Shown: one piece after another, positions 9,151 to 17,328 of the stretch
How the letters are laid out: every line of letters starts with the position of its first letter
How positions within the stretch are numbered: position 1 is the stretch's first letter
Assembly (NCBI GenBank): GCA_040758355.1
Contig: JBFLWF010000027.1
Location: 1-29,720 of the forward strand
DNA from: Nitrospirota bacterium
GTDB taxonomy: Bacteria; Nitrospirota; Thermodesulfovibrionia; Thermodesulfovibrionales; Dissulfurispiraceae
Direction of reading: 5' to 3'
DNA: 29,720 nucleotides
Program-made: the position numbers and the translations under genes
Notes under the pieces: model-generated
What the model saw: only the letters and a program-made list of their open reading frames with translations
Databases searched by the model: none
What the model was told of the DNA's origin: nothing

Positions 9151-9323
9151 CAAGGAGTCGGCGGGCAGGATTCAAAGACTTTGCACATAAGATTTGGTAA
9201 CAGCATTATCTTGTATCCGTCATCTACTACTATGGCATCTATAAGATTAAACATTTGTAATCTCACAATTACACATGAATAAGGACTTTGTAAAGGCTTT
9301 GAAGACTGCCTGCCGACTCCTTG
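9151..9323 (+). other. 173-nt long hairpin element (structured RNA or MITE-like)
   Basis: Arms 9151-9185 and 9289-9323 give 30 Watson-Crick pairs, 2 G-T and 3 G/A mismatches. Inner stems: 9208-9215/9240-9247, 9219-9223/9232-9236 and 9256-9261/9268-9273. Confidence 0.65.
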
Positions 9324-9345
9324 ATTACTGGTCATTGCACTTTCA

Positions 9346-9374
9346 TTGACACATAACGCTTTTCCTGTTATATT
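9346..9374 (+). promoter_or_regulatory. Sigma70 promoter for glgC-DUF488-ligase
   Basis: TTGACA (9346-9351), 17 nt, TATATT (9369-9374) preceded by TGn (extended -10). Confidence 0.7.
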
Positions 9375-9411
9375 TTTTCTTGTCATGGAAAGGATGATAA
9401 AAAGAACCGAC

Positions 9412-10638
9412 ATGAAGGATGTGCTTGCCATCATACTTGCAGGAGGCAAGGGAGAACGTCTGCATCCCATGACCATTCACAGGGCAAAGCCTGCTGTCCC
9501 CTTCGGCGGTAAGTACAGGATCATAGACTTCACCCTCAGCAATTGCATCAACTCTGATATAAGGAAAATAGCAGTAATTACACAGTACAAATCCCTTTCC
9601 CTTGACAGGCATCTTGCACTGGGATGGCAAAACCTCTTTAATCCAGAACTGGATGAGTTTATCATCTCCATTCCGCCGCAACAAAGGGTAAGTGAAAGCT
9701 GGTATACAGGAACAGCAGATGCCGTATATCAGAATATCTATTTTATTGAAAAGGAAGAGCCTCCCTATCTGCTCATCCTGTCAGGAGACCATATATACAA
9801 AATGGACTATTCAGAAATGCTCGCCTTTCATGTAGGAAAAAAGGCAATCGGAACAGTTGCAGCAATAGAGGTGGATAAGAAGATCGCATCCTCCTTCGGC
9901 ATCATGGAAGTTGACAGCGAATGGAGAATCATAGGTTTTGAGGAAAAACCAAAAAAACCGAAGACAATACCCGGAAATCCAAACCAGTGTCTTGCATCCA
10001 TGGGCGTTTATATATTCAATACAGAGGCAATGGTAGAAGAGCTGAAGATAGATGCTGCAAAGACGTCTGCCCATGACTTCGGCAAGAACATAATACCTGA
10101 TATGCTTAAATCAAACAAACTCTTTGCATATAATTTCAGGGATGAAAATAAGAAAGAGGCAAAATACTGGAGGGACGTAGGGACCATAGACGCCTACTGG
10201 GAAGCCAATATGGATCTCGTTTCTGTGGATCCGTTATTAAACCTCTATGATAAGGACTGGCCCATAAGGACATATCAATGCCAGTACCCGCCTGCCAAAT
10301 TCGTATTTGCACAGGAGCAGAAAGGCGGAAGGCTCGGAATATCGCTGGATTCCATCGTCTGCGATGGGTGCATCGTTAGCGGCGGAAGGGTGCAGAGTTC
10401 GATCCTGTCTCCAAATGTCAGGATAAACAGCTGGGCATCTGTAAAGGAATCCATCCTCATGGAAAATGTGGAGATAGGGAGATATGCAAAAATAAAAAGG
10501 GCAATCATTGACAAAGATGTATACATCCCTCCAGAGACGGTAGTCGGATACAATCTGAACGAAGACAGGAAAAAATTTCATGTGAGCCCGAACGGCATAG
10601 TGGTCATTCCGAAGGGAACGGATTTCAGGAAGCTTTGA
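9412..10638 (+). CDS. glgC: Glucose-1-phosphate adenylyltransferase
   Basis: ILAGGKGERL, RAKPAVPFGGKYRIIDF, WYTGTADAVYQN, SGDHIYKMDY, ASMGVY, DFGKNIIP, YWRDVGT. Start could also be 9385 or 9394; 9346 is the -35 box, not a start. Confidence 0.96.
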   Translation: MKDVLAIILAGGKGERLHPMTIHRAKPAVPFGGKYRIIDFTLSNCINSDIRKIAVITQYKSLSLDRHLALGWQNLFNPELDEFIISIPPQQRVSESWYTGTADAVYQNIYFIEKEEPPYLLILSGDHIYKMDYSEMLAFHVGKKAIGTVAAIEVDKKIASSFGIMEVDSEWRIIGFEEKPKKPKTIPGNPNQCLASMGVYIFNTEAMVEELKIDAAKTSAHDFGKNIIPDMLKSNKLFAYNFRDENKKEAKYWRDVGTIDAYWEANMDLVSVDPLLNLYDKDWPIRTYQCQYPPAKFVFAQEQKGGRLGISLDSIVCDGCIVSGGRVQSSILSPNVRINSWASVKESILMENVEIGRYAKIKRAIIDKDVYIPPETVVGYNLNEDRKKFHVSPNGIVVIPKGTDFRKL

Positions 10639-11054
10639 AAAAAATATATACTCTCGGGACAAGCAGAAGGAGCGAGGAGGATTTCATAGAAATCCTCCTC
10701 TTTTATGATATAAAAACCGTCATCGATGTCAGACGCTTTCCAAAAAGCAAGCTGCAAATATTCAATAAAGAATACCTGCAAGACCTTTTAGAGAGAGAAG
10801 GGATGTCCTACATCTTTTTAGGTTTCGAGCTCGGAGGGTTTAGAAAGGGCGGGTATGAGGCTTATGCAAATACCGATGAATTCAGAGATGGCATCGATAA
10901 GCTGGAAAGGGCTGTCAATAATAATTCCGTAATAATATGCGCTGAAAGGTTTCCGTGGAAGTGCCACAGGAGATGGATAGCAAGGGAGCTTCACAGAAGG
11001 GGATGGCTGGTAGAGCATATAATAGATAAAGGAAAGGTCTGGGTGCCTAAATGA
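10635..11054 (+). CDS. DUF488 family protein
   Basis: IYTLGTSRRS, IDVRRFPKS, ELGGFR, ICAE..PWKCHR; 4-nt overlaps with both neighbours. Confidence 0.88.
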   Translation: MKKIYTLGTSRRSEEDFIEILLFYDIKTVIDVRRFPKSKLQIFNKEYLQDLLEREGMSYIFLGFELGGFRKGGYEAYANTDEFRDGIDKLERAVNNNSVIICAERFPWKCHRRWIARELHRRGWLVEHIIDKGKVWVPK

Positions 11055-12778
11055 AATTTAAAAGACTCGTTGAATACTTTGAAAGGCTTGAGGAGACCAC
11101 AAAACGTCTTGAGATGTTCGATATTCTTGCAGGGCTTTTTAAAGAGGCATCCGGCGAGGATATAGACAAGATAATCTATTTAAGTCAGGGGCAGCTTGTG
11201 CCGCCGTTTCACGGCCTCGAAATAGGCATATCGGAAAAGCTTCTTATACGGGCAATATCAGATGCAACAAATACGCCGACCAAAAGGGTAGAACAGACCT
11301 TCAGGCACACAGGCGACATGGGAAGGACAGCAGAGGAGCTTAATAAGAGAAAAGGCTATGACCTTACCGTGAAGCAGGTTTATGGAGAACTCATGGATAT
11401 TGCACAGACAGGTGGCGCTGGAAGCGTAGAGAAAAAAATAAGCCTTCTTTCAAATCTATTTAAAGGTGTTTCTCCAATAGAGGCAAAATACATTGCGAGG
11501 TTTGTCATAGGGAGATTAAGGCTCGGGATAGGAGACCCCACGGTGCTGGAGGCCCTTGCCCTAAGCATCGGAAATCGTGAACTGAGGCCTGAACTCGAAA
11601 GGGCATATAATCTGTGCTCTGATTTAGGTCTTGTTGCTAAAACACTTATAGACAAAGGCATAGAAGGCGTAAAAAAATTCAAGGTTCAGGTTGGTTATCC
11701 CATAAGGATGGCATTATGCGAAAGGCTTTCATCATCAGAAGATATAATCCAGAAAATAGGCAGAGCGGCAATAGAGGCAAAGTATGACGGATTCAGGGTC
11801 CAGTGTCATAAGGATGATGAGAATGTGGAACTATTTTCAAGGAATCTCGAAAGGACCACCCACATGTTCCCTGAAATTACGATGGCCATGAAAAAATACA
11901 TAAATGCAAAAGAGGCAATCATCGAAGGAGAAGCACTTGCATATAATGAAGGTACCGGAGAACTATTCCCATTTCAGGTAACAATCCAGAGAAAAAGGAA
12001 ACACGGCATAGAGGAACTGTCAAAAGAGCTTCCGTTAAAATTCTTTGTCTTTGATTTGCTCTATCTGGACGATGTCGACTACACGGAAAAGCCCTTTTCA
12101 GAAAGGAGGAAAAAGCTTGAGTCCATAATTAAAAAGAATGAAGTTATCGAGCCTTCGGAGATGTTTATAACAGATGACCCATCAAGAATATTTAAATACT
12201 TTGAAGACACTATTGAAAGGGGACTTGAAGGGGTCGTGGCTAAAAGGCTTGACGCCCCCTACTCTGCCGGTGCAAGGAACTTCAACTGGATCAAGCTTAA
12301 AAGAAGCTACAAAGGAGAACTGGCAGATACAATAGATGTCTGCATTGTCGGATATTTCAGAGGAAAAGGTGCAAGGGCAAAATTCGGCGTTGGTGCACTT
12401 TTAGGTGCAGTTTATGAGCCTGAGACAGATACGTTTAAAACCATAAGCAAGATAGGCTCTGGATTTAAAGAGGATGAATTCTTTGAGCTGAAAAAGATGC
12501 TCGATGAAATAGCCCTCAAACATAAACATCCGAGGGTTGATTCTGCAATCGATGCCGATGTATGGGTTGAACCCAGATATGTTATTACTGTTATGGCCGA
12601 CGAGATTACACGCTCTCCTGCCCATACAGCAGGAAAGGACAAGGATGGAATCGGTTATGCCCTGAGATTTCCGAGATCAACCGGTTTTATAAGGTTCGAC
12701 AAAAATCCCGAAGATGCAAATAGCGTCAAAGAGATTATCGAGATGTTCAAGCAGCAAAAGCAGGTGAGCGTAGTTTAA
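11051..12778 (+). CDS. ATP-dependent DNA ligase with N-terminal DNA-binding domain (archaeal/LigB-like)
   Basis: LRLGIGD, motif I EAKYDGFRVQCHK, IIEGE, FFVFDLLY, EGVVAK, WIKLK, IGSGF, ALRFPR. Confidence 0.93.
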   Translation: MKFKRLVEYFERLEETTKRLEMFDILAGLFKEASGEDIDKIIYLSQGQLVPPFHGLEIGISEKLLIRAISDATNTPTKRVEQTFRHTGDMGRTAEELNKRKGYDLTVKQVYGELMDIAQTGGAGSVEKKISLLSNLFKGVSPIEAKYIARFVIGRLRLGIGDPTVLEALALSIGNRELRPELERAYNLCSDLGLVAKTLIDKGIEGVKKFKVQVGYPIRMALCERLSSSEDIIQKIGRAAIEAKYDGFRVQCHKDDENVELFSRNLERTTHMFPEITMAMKKYINAKEAIIEGEALAYNEGTGELFPFQVTIQRKRKHGIEELSKELPLKFFVFDLLYLDDVDYTEKPFSERRKKLESIIKKNEVIEPSEMFITDDPSRIFKYFEDTIERGLEGVVAKRLDAPYSAGARNFNWIKLKRSYKGELADTIDVCIVGYFRGKGARAKFGVGALLGAVYEPETDTFKTISKIGSGFKEDEFFELKKMLDEIALKHKHPRVDSAIDADVWVEPRYVITVMADEITRSPAHTAGKDKDGIGYALRFPRSTGFIRFDKNPEDANSVKEIIEMFKQQKQVSVV

Positions 12779-13623
12779 AACTCCACTATCATATTATCAA
12801 TCAGCCGCGTGCTGCCGATTTTCACCGCTACTGCAAGAAGATTTTGCTTTTTGAACTCATTTAACTCATCGAGGGTATTAGTATCATAAACCCCTGCATA
12901 CTGTATTTCAGAAATGAGCGGCTCTGCCTCAAGCGTATCATGCATCTGTTTCCTGACATCCACCGGATTTGATTCACCTGATTTTATCATCTGTGATGCA
13001 GAAAGCAGGGTCTTGTAAATAACGGCTGCCGCCCTCCTCTCTTCATGGCTCAGGTACACATTCCTCGAACTCATTGCAAGACCATCTGGTTCCCTGAAAG
13101 TCGGGCAGATAATTAAATCCACATCCATATTCAGGTCTTCCACCATCCTCTTAATAATGGCTGCCTGTTGAAAATCTTTCTGACCGAAATATGCTGCTAC
13201 AGGTTTTACTATATTAAAGAGCTTGCATACAACTGTTGCAACGCCTGTGAAATGCCCCGGCCTGAAAACTCCGCATAGTTTATCTGATAAGTCCTTTACT
13301 GTTATATATGAAGAGAACCCGTCCGGATACATGGCCCTGGCATCAGGCATGAACAGGATATCCGCACCTTCTCTTTTCAGTTTTTCCATGTCCCCTTCCA
13401 TGTCCCTCGGATATCTGTCAAAATCTTCCTTTGGCCCGAATTGTGCGGGATTTACGAATATGCTCACGACAACAATATCGTTCTCGCTCCTTGCCCTTTT
13501 CACAAGGCTGAGATGCCCTTCATGCAGGGCACCCATTGTAGGGACAAAACCTATCGTCTTGCCATTGTGCAGGTGCCTTTTCGATGTTTCCTTCATTATT
13601 CTGGGAATTCTGATATTTTCCAT
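12775..13623 (-). CDS. panC: Pantoate--beta-alanine ligase
   Basis: GFVPTMGALHEGHLSL, SIFVNPAQF, RPGHFTGV, FGQKDFQQ, DGLAMSSRN, TRLIDN. Confidence 0.97.
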   Translation of the reverse strand: MENIRIPRIMKETSKRHLHNGKTIGFVPTMGALHEGHLSLVKRARSENDIVVVSIFVNPAQFGPKEDFDRYPRDMEGDMEKLKREGADILFMPDARAMYPDGFSSYITVKDLSDKLCGVFRPGHFTGVATVVCKLFNIVKPVAAYFGQKDFQQAAIIKRMVEDLNMDVDLIICPTFREPDGLAMSSRNVYLSHEERRAAAVIYKTLLSASQMIKSGESNPVDVRKQMHDTLEAEPLISEIQYAGVYDTNTLDELNEFKKQNLLAVAVKIGSTRLIDNMIVEF

Positions 13624-13718
13624 GTCATTAATTTATACGAACAGTCTGTGTCTATTCAAGTCCATAATACGAAGCCATATATCTATGAAAGTAAAGCAGG
13701 CATGGATGAAAAGCCTTA

Positions 13719-13776
13719 GGGACTGTCCCAGATTTACGGACTGAGCGAAGCGAAGTCGTAGAATCGGGACTGTCCC
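13719..13776. repeat. 58-nt REP-like nested hairpin
   Basis: GGGACTGTCCC at 13719-13729 and 13766-13776, enclosing GATTTACG/CGTAGAATC, GACT/AGTC and a central GCGAAGC. Confidence 0.8.
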
Positions 13777-14096
13777 CGTGGATTCATGTACATTTGAGAT
13801 GTTTATGGCCTCGGTATTTGATCACTGCTGTCCAAAATATTTCTTATTAAGGCATATAGCTCGATTTCTTTGCAAAATAAACTACCTTATTTGCAAGTGC
13901 ATGACACTACTTGACGATAAAGTTTATTTTCAAACTGTTTCGCCCGACTCCCGCTTCGACTCCCGTAGGGTCGAGGTAAACCGTGATTTTACTTCGGAAA
14001 TCGAGCTATATGCCTTGTTTTGTGCTGTAACAAAAATTTATTTTGGACAGATGTGATATTTGATATTTTTATACAGTTATATTGTTTAGAAATTTA

Positions 14097-14148
14097 TTGA
14101 CAATGATACTGTAACTATTATAAACTGGGTGTATAGAATTTTTATACA
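14097..14148 (+). promoter_or_regulatory. Putative promoter of the octaheme cytochrome operon with an adjacent palindromic operator
   Basis: TTGACA (14097-14102) with TATAAA (14119-14124) or TAAACT (14121-14126); palindrome TGTATA-GAATTTT-TATACA at 14130-14148. Confidence 0.45.
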
Positions 14149-14276
14149 TTACAATTAATAGGTGTTGCCGCCATGCAACAAGACGTTTTTAAATCCGTTA
14201 AGAATAAAAAATCGCTTCACATCGAAGCCTGCAAAGCAAACCTATTCCCAAAAACCTGTCAGAAAAATCACCTTAG

Positions 14277-14295
14277 ATTGTTACCTTGTAACAAT
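14277..14295. promoter_or_regulatory. Perfect 8-bp inverted repeat just upstream of the otr ribosome-binding site (candidate operator)
   Basis: ATTGTTAC-CTT-GTAACAAT. Confidence 0.4.
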
Positions 14296-14323
14296 AAAAC
14301 AAAAATCCTTACGGGAGGTTGTT

Positions 14324-15796
14324 GTGAAAGTTAGGGCAATTGTGGCAATGGTAGCAGCCATTATACTCGTCGCTGCTACAGCAGGAATGACGGCATCCAT
14401 TGATCATTCCCAGTTTGTAAAAGGACCGTTCAAAAGCGGAGAGGATGTCACAAAGGTCTGTCTTCAGTGCCATGACAAGCAGGCAGAGGACATTATGAAA
14501 ACCCCTCACTGGAAATGGAAAGGCACTCCGAGGACAGTAAAAGGAATGGAGAACAGCAAGCAGGAATATGGCAAGGCAAACCTGATTAATAACTTCTGCA
14601 TCTCCATTGAAGGCGGAGACAAGTGTGCAAATCAGGAATTCTGCTCAAAATGTCATCCGAGCTACGGATGGAAGGACAACTCATTCGACTTCAAAGACAA
14701 GACCAAGATCGACTGTCTTATCTGTCATGCAAAAGACGGCAATTACAAGAAAGGAATCGCAGGAGAGCCCGATCGCAAATTGATCGAACAGGGCAAGATG
14801 TCTCTTACAAAGGCAGCACAGAGCGTCGGTATTCCCAACAGGGACAACTGCGGCGTATGCCACTTCAATGGCGGAGGAGGAGATGCAGTTAAGCACGGAG
14901 ACCTCGATACCACCATCAGTAAACCTAAAAGGGACCATGATATTCACATGGGCGGCGCTGCGGACATGAGCTGTCAGGCATGCCATGTAACAAAGAATCA
15001 CAAAATCTCGGGTGCATCCACTTTCCTTGCAACAAATGACGGAAGGGTAAGCTGCGAGGACTGCCACAGAAATCCTCATAAAGATTCTATGGTGAACAAG
15101 GTCCTTTCAAGACATGAAAAAACTGTTGCCTGCCAGACATGCCACATTCCGTCTTTTGCAAGGGGACAGGCTACAAAGATGAGCTGGGATTGGTCGACAG
15201 TTGGCAAAGACATCGACCCTGAAGAACAGTTCGGCAAAGAGACCTACGCAAAACACAAAGGACATTTTACATGGGGAATGAACGTTGTTCCCGCATATGC
15301 ATGGTATGACGGACAGGTAGAGAGATACCTGAAAGGAGACAAAATCAAGGATACTACAAAGACCGTATACATCTCAAAACCCACCGGAGAAATAAAGGAC
15401 AAAAACTCAAAGATCTATCCATTTAAGGTTCATACAGGCAAACAGCCTATGGATTCGGTCAACAAATATCTCCTGATTCCTCAGACATACAAGGGCGTAT
15501 GGAGCCATTACAACTGGGAAAAGGGCCTTGCCGACGGTGCAAAGGGCTCTGGACTTCAATACAGCGGCAAGTACGAGTTCGTCTCCACCGCATTCTATGG
15601 CAGTATAAATCATGAAGTGGCTCCCAAAGAGCAGGCACTAAAATGCAAAGACTGCCACATGGAAGGAAAAAGACTCGACTGGCAGGCATTGGGTTACAAA
15701 GGAGACCCGATGAGGGTTGGCGGCAGATTTGAAAACGGCGCTGCTGTAGCAGAAGAAACCAGCAAGCCCGTTAAAAAGACTGCCAGCAAAAAATAG
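14324..15796 (+). CDS. otr: Octaheme c-type cytochrome, tetrathionate reductase (OTR) family
   Basis: GTG start after GGAGG; signal peptide; 8 CxxCH motifs (CLQCH, CSKCH, CLICH, CGVCH, CQACH, CEDCH, CQTCH, CKDCH); GK.N.INNFC, GGGGDAVKHGDLD, INHEVAP, LGYKGDP. Confidence 0.92.
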   Translation: MKVRAIVAMVAAIILVAATAGMTASIDHSQFVKGPFKSGEDVTKVCLQCHDKQAEDIMKTPHWKWKGTPRTVKGMENSKQEYGKANLINNFCISIEGGDKCANQEFCSKCHPSYGWKDNSFDFKDKTKIDCLICHAKDGNYKKGIAGEPDRKLIEQGKMSLTKAAQSVGIPNRDNCGVCHFNGGGGDAVKHGDLDTTISKPKRDHDIHMGGAADMSCQACHVTKNHKISGASTFLATNDGRVSCEDCHRNPHKDSMVNKVLSRHEKTVACQTCHIPSFARGQATKMSWDWSTVGKDIDPEEQFGKETYAKHKGHFTWGMNVVPAYAWYDGQVERYLKGDKIKDTTKTVYISKPTGEIKDKNSKIYPFKVHTGKQPMDSVNKYLLIPQTYKGVWSHYNWEKGLADGAKGSGLQYSGKYEFVSTAFYGSINHEVAPKEQALKCKDCHMEGKRLDWQALGYKGDPMRVGGRFENGAAVAEETSKPVKKTASKK

Positions 15797-15805
15797 GAGG
15801 AGAAA

Positions 15806-16114
15806 ATGAAGACATCAAAGACGATAATACTCGCAGTATTGTCAATCTTCTGCATGGCAATGCTCACAGGCGTTGCAATGGCAGAGGAAAAGGTATCCAT
15901 CAAGGGAAAGGTTAAGAGCATCAATGCGGATGCCAAAACCGCTGTAGTGGCTACAGAAGATGGAAAGAATGTAACTATTGCCGTTGAAGACGAAGAAACG
16001 CTTAACAAGTTCAAAGACGGCAGGATCGGCACAGACGATGACGTAAAAGTCAAATACGTAGTCAAAGACGGCAAGAATGTAGCCACATACTTTAAAAAGG
16101 CTGCAGGCTGTTAA
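15806..16114 (+). CDS. Small exported beta-rich protein ending in KKAAGC
   Basis: AGGAGGAG Shine-Dalgarno, signal peptide ending VAMA, OB-fold-like alternating pattern (KGKVKSIN...DDVKVKY), terminal Cys. Confidence 0.8.
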   Translation: MKTSKTIILAVLSIFCMAMLTGVAMAEEKVSIKGKVKSINADAKTAVVATEDGKNVTIAVEDEETLNKFKDGRIGTDDDVKVKYVVKDGKNVATYFKKAAGC

Positions 16115-16134
16115 ACAGCAAAGAAGGTATTCAG

Positions 16135-16170
16135 AAAGGGCAGTCTGGACAGACTGCCCTTTTTTTATTT
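16135..16170 (+). terminator. Rho-independent terminator of the otr operon
   Basis: AAAGGGCAGTCT-GGAC-AGACTGCCCTTT followed by TTTTATTT. Confidence 0.9.
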
Positions 16171-16174
16171 CCAA

Positions 16175-16203
16175 TTGACAATCCTTCCATTAAGATGTAT
16201 AAG
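16175..16203 (+). promoter_or_regulatory. Putative sigma70 promoter for the GYD gene
   Basis: TTGACA (16175-16180), 17 nt, TATAAG (16198-16203). Confidence 0.55.
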
Positions 16204-16239
16204 AAAATTAAGAATATCCATCTAAAAAGGAGGGAAGCC

Positions 16240-16524
16240 ATGGCTTACTATGTAATTCTCAGCAAGTTGACGGATGAAGGGAGAAAGACCATCAAAGGAA
16301 AACCGGAAAGGATGTTTGAGGTCAACAAAGAACTGGAGGCAATGGGTGTAAAGGTTAAAGAACAGTTCGCAGTCTTAGGGCCATATGATTTTGTAAATAT
16401 TATAGAAGCGCCCGATAACGAGACGGTCATGAGGATGTCTGTGGAATTAGGGGCAAGAGGGTCGGTAGAGCTTCTCACACTGCCAGCCATTTCAGCAGAG
16501 GAATTTGCGAAGAAGATGAAGTAG
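16240..16524 (+). CDS. GYD domain protein
   Basis: LTDEGRKTIK..PER, LGPYDFV.IIEAPD; AGGAGG Shine-Dalgarno before the ATG at 16240. Confidence 0.88.
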   Translation: MAYYVILSKLTDEGRKTIKGKPERMFEVNKELEAMGVKVKEQFAVLGPYDFVNIIEAPDNETVMRMSVELGARGSVELLTLPAISAEEFAKKMK

Positions 16525-16541
16525 CGATTGGGTTGGTCATT

Positions 16542-16586
16542 GCACTGTGCGGCTGTATTGAAAGACAGTTGCACAGTGCTATTGTT
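16542..16586 (+). terminator. Stem-loop after the GYD gene (possible terminator)
   Basis: GCACTGTGCGGCTGT / ACAGTTGCACAGTGC 15-bp stem with 2 G-T pairs; weak T tract. Confidence 0.5.
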
Positions 16587-16625
16587 AAGTGGAATTTTTG
16601 AATCTTTATATGTTAATTATAATTC

Positions 16626-16856
16626 ATGTCCATTAAGCCCGATGTTGTTTTAGACCTGAAAGGGCTTCACTGCCCTATGCACATCATGAAAACCAAAAAG
16701 GCCCTTGACCTTATGAAGGCAGGCCAGATCATCGAGGTAATATCCAATGACAAAGGCTCAAAATCGGACATCTCCGCCCTCTGTAGAAGACTTGGACTGG
16801 AGTTGATAAGCACAACAGAAGAAAACGGCATTTTCAGATTTACAATCAAAAAGTAG
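16626..16856 (+). CDS. TusA/SirA family sulfur carrier
   Basis: LDLKGLHCPMHI..TKKAL..M..GQIIEV.S.D.GS..DI; the CPxP motif is altered to CPMH. Confidence 0.85.
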   Translation: MSIKPDVVLDLKGLHCPMHIMKTKKALDLMKAGQIIEVISNDKGSKSDISALCRRLGLELISTTEENGIFRFTIKK

Positions 16857-16861
16857 GTTTG

Positions 16862-17203
16862 TCAGCACGTAAGGTGAAGGCAGGCTATTGTTTTTCTTTT
16901 CCCGGATAATTCATTAAACAAATTTACAGCATCTGTTGTCCTTGCTACATGCACATCTATTTTCAGCGATTTAAGCTTGCTTATGACATCCTCCGAAACC
17001 TTCATGATACCGGAGTAGCCGGTTCCAATTATAATGACTTCAGGCCGTGCATCCAGCACTTCCCTTAAATCATCCATCTGCAAAAAATGGCCTTCCTTCC
17101 TCCACCACGATGAATTGACCCTGTCCGGATATATAATCACATCGGATGTATATGTTTTTCCGTCAATGGTTATCCTTCCGAAGGAATAGTGCTGGATTTT
17201 CAT
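16862..17203 (-). CDS. Mth938-like (DUF498) protein
   Basis: YSFGRITIDGKTY.SDVII.P, WWRKEGH, IIIGTG, terminal HLTC. Confidence 0.88.
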   Translation of the reverse strand: MKIQHYSFGRITIDGKTYTSDVIIYPDRVNSSWWRKEGHFLQMDDLREVLDARPEVIIIGTGYSGIMKVSEDVISKLKSLKIDVHVARTTDAVNLFNELSGKRKTIACLHLTC

Positions 17204-17261
17204 GGAAATATTATACTACACTTCACTTTAAAGCCAAATTTATGATAAGGTGAATAAATTA

Positions 17262-17327
17262 GTCCATCGTTCATTTTAAAAATAAAATTGCGCTAAAAGA
17301 TGAACGGTGAACAAGGAACTATGAACC
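17262..17327. repeat. Inverted pair of 7-nt tandem arrays (TGAACnn)
   Basis: GTCCATC GTTCAT, spacer, TGAACGG TGAACAA GGAACTA TGAACC; one more GATGAACT follows the palindrome at 17521. Confidence 0.7.
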
Positions 17328-17328
17328 A

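Noticed and set aside
9193..9203. TTTGGTAACAG shared with 17371-17381, and TGGTCATTGCACT shared by 9329-9341 and 16534-16546
   Set aside because: Matches of 11-13 nt are expected by chance in 30 kb, and the flanks do not extend.
13954..13976. TTCGACTCCCGTAGGGTC resembles a tRNA T-arm/3' end (possible att relic)
   Set aside because: No GGTTC stem partner, D-arm, anticodon arm or CCA, and no integrase nearby. It is explained as a simple hairpin with a CGACTCCCG duplication.
14231..14262. GCAAAGCAAACC reminiscent of a c-di-GMP-I riboswitch
   Set aside because: The downstream GNRA hairpin and GGNNCGCAAAGC segment are absent.
14162..14323. 54-aa N-terminal extension of the octaheme cytochrome in the ORF track
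   Set aside because: The GGAGG Shine-Dalgarno and signal peptide point to the GTG at 14324.
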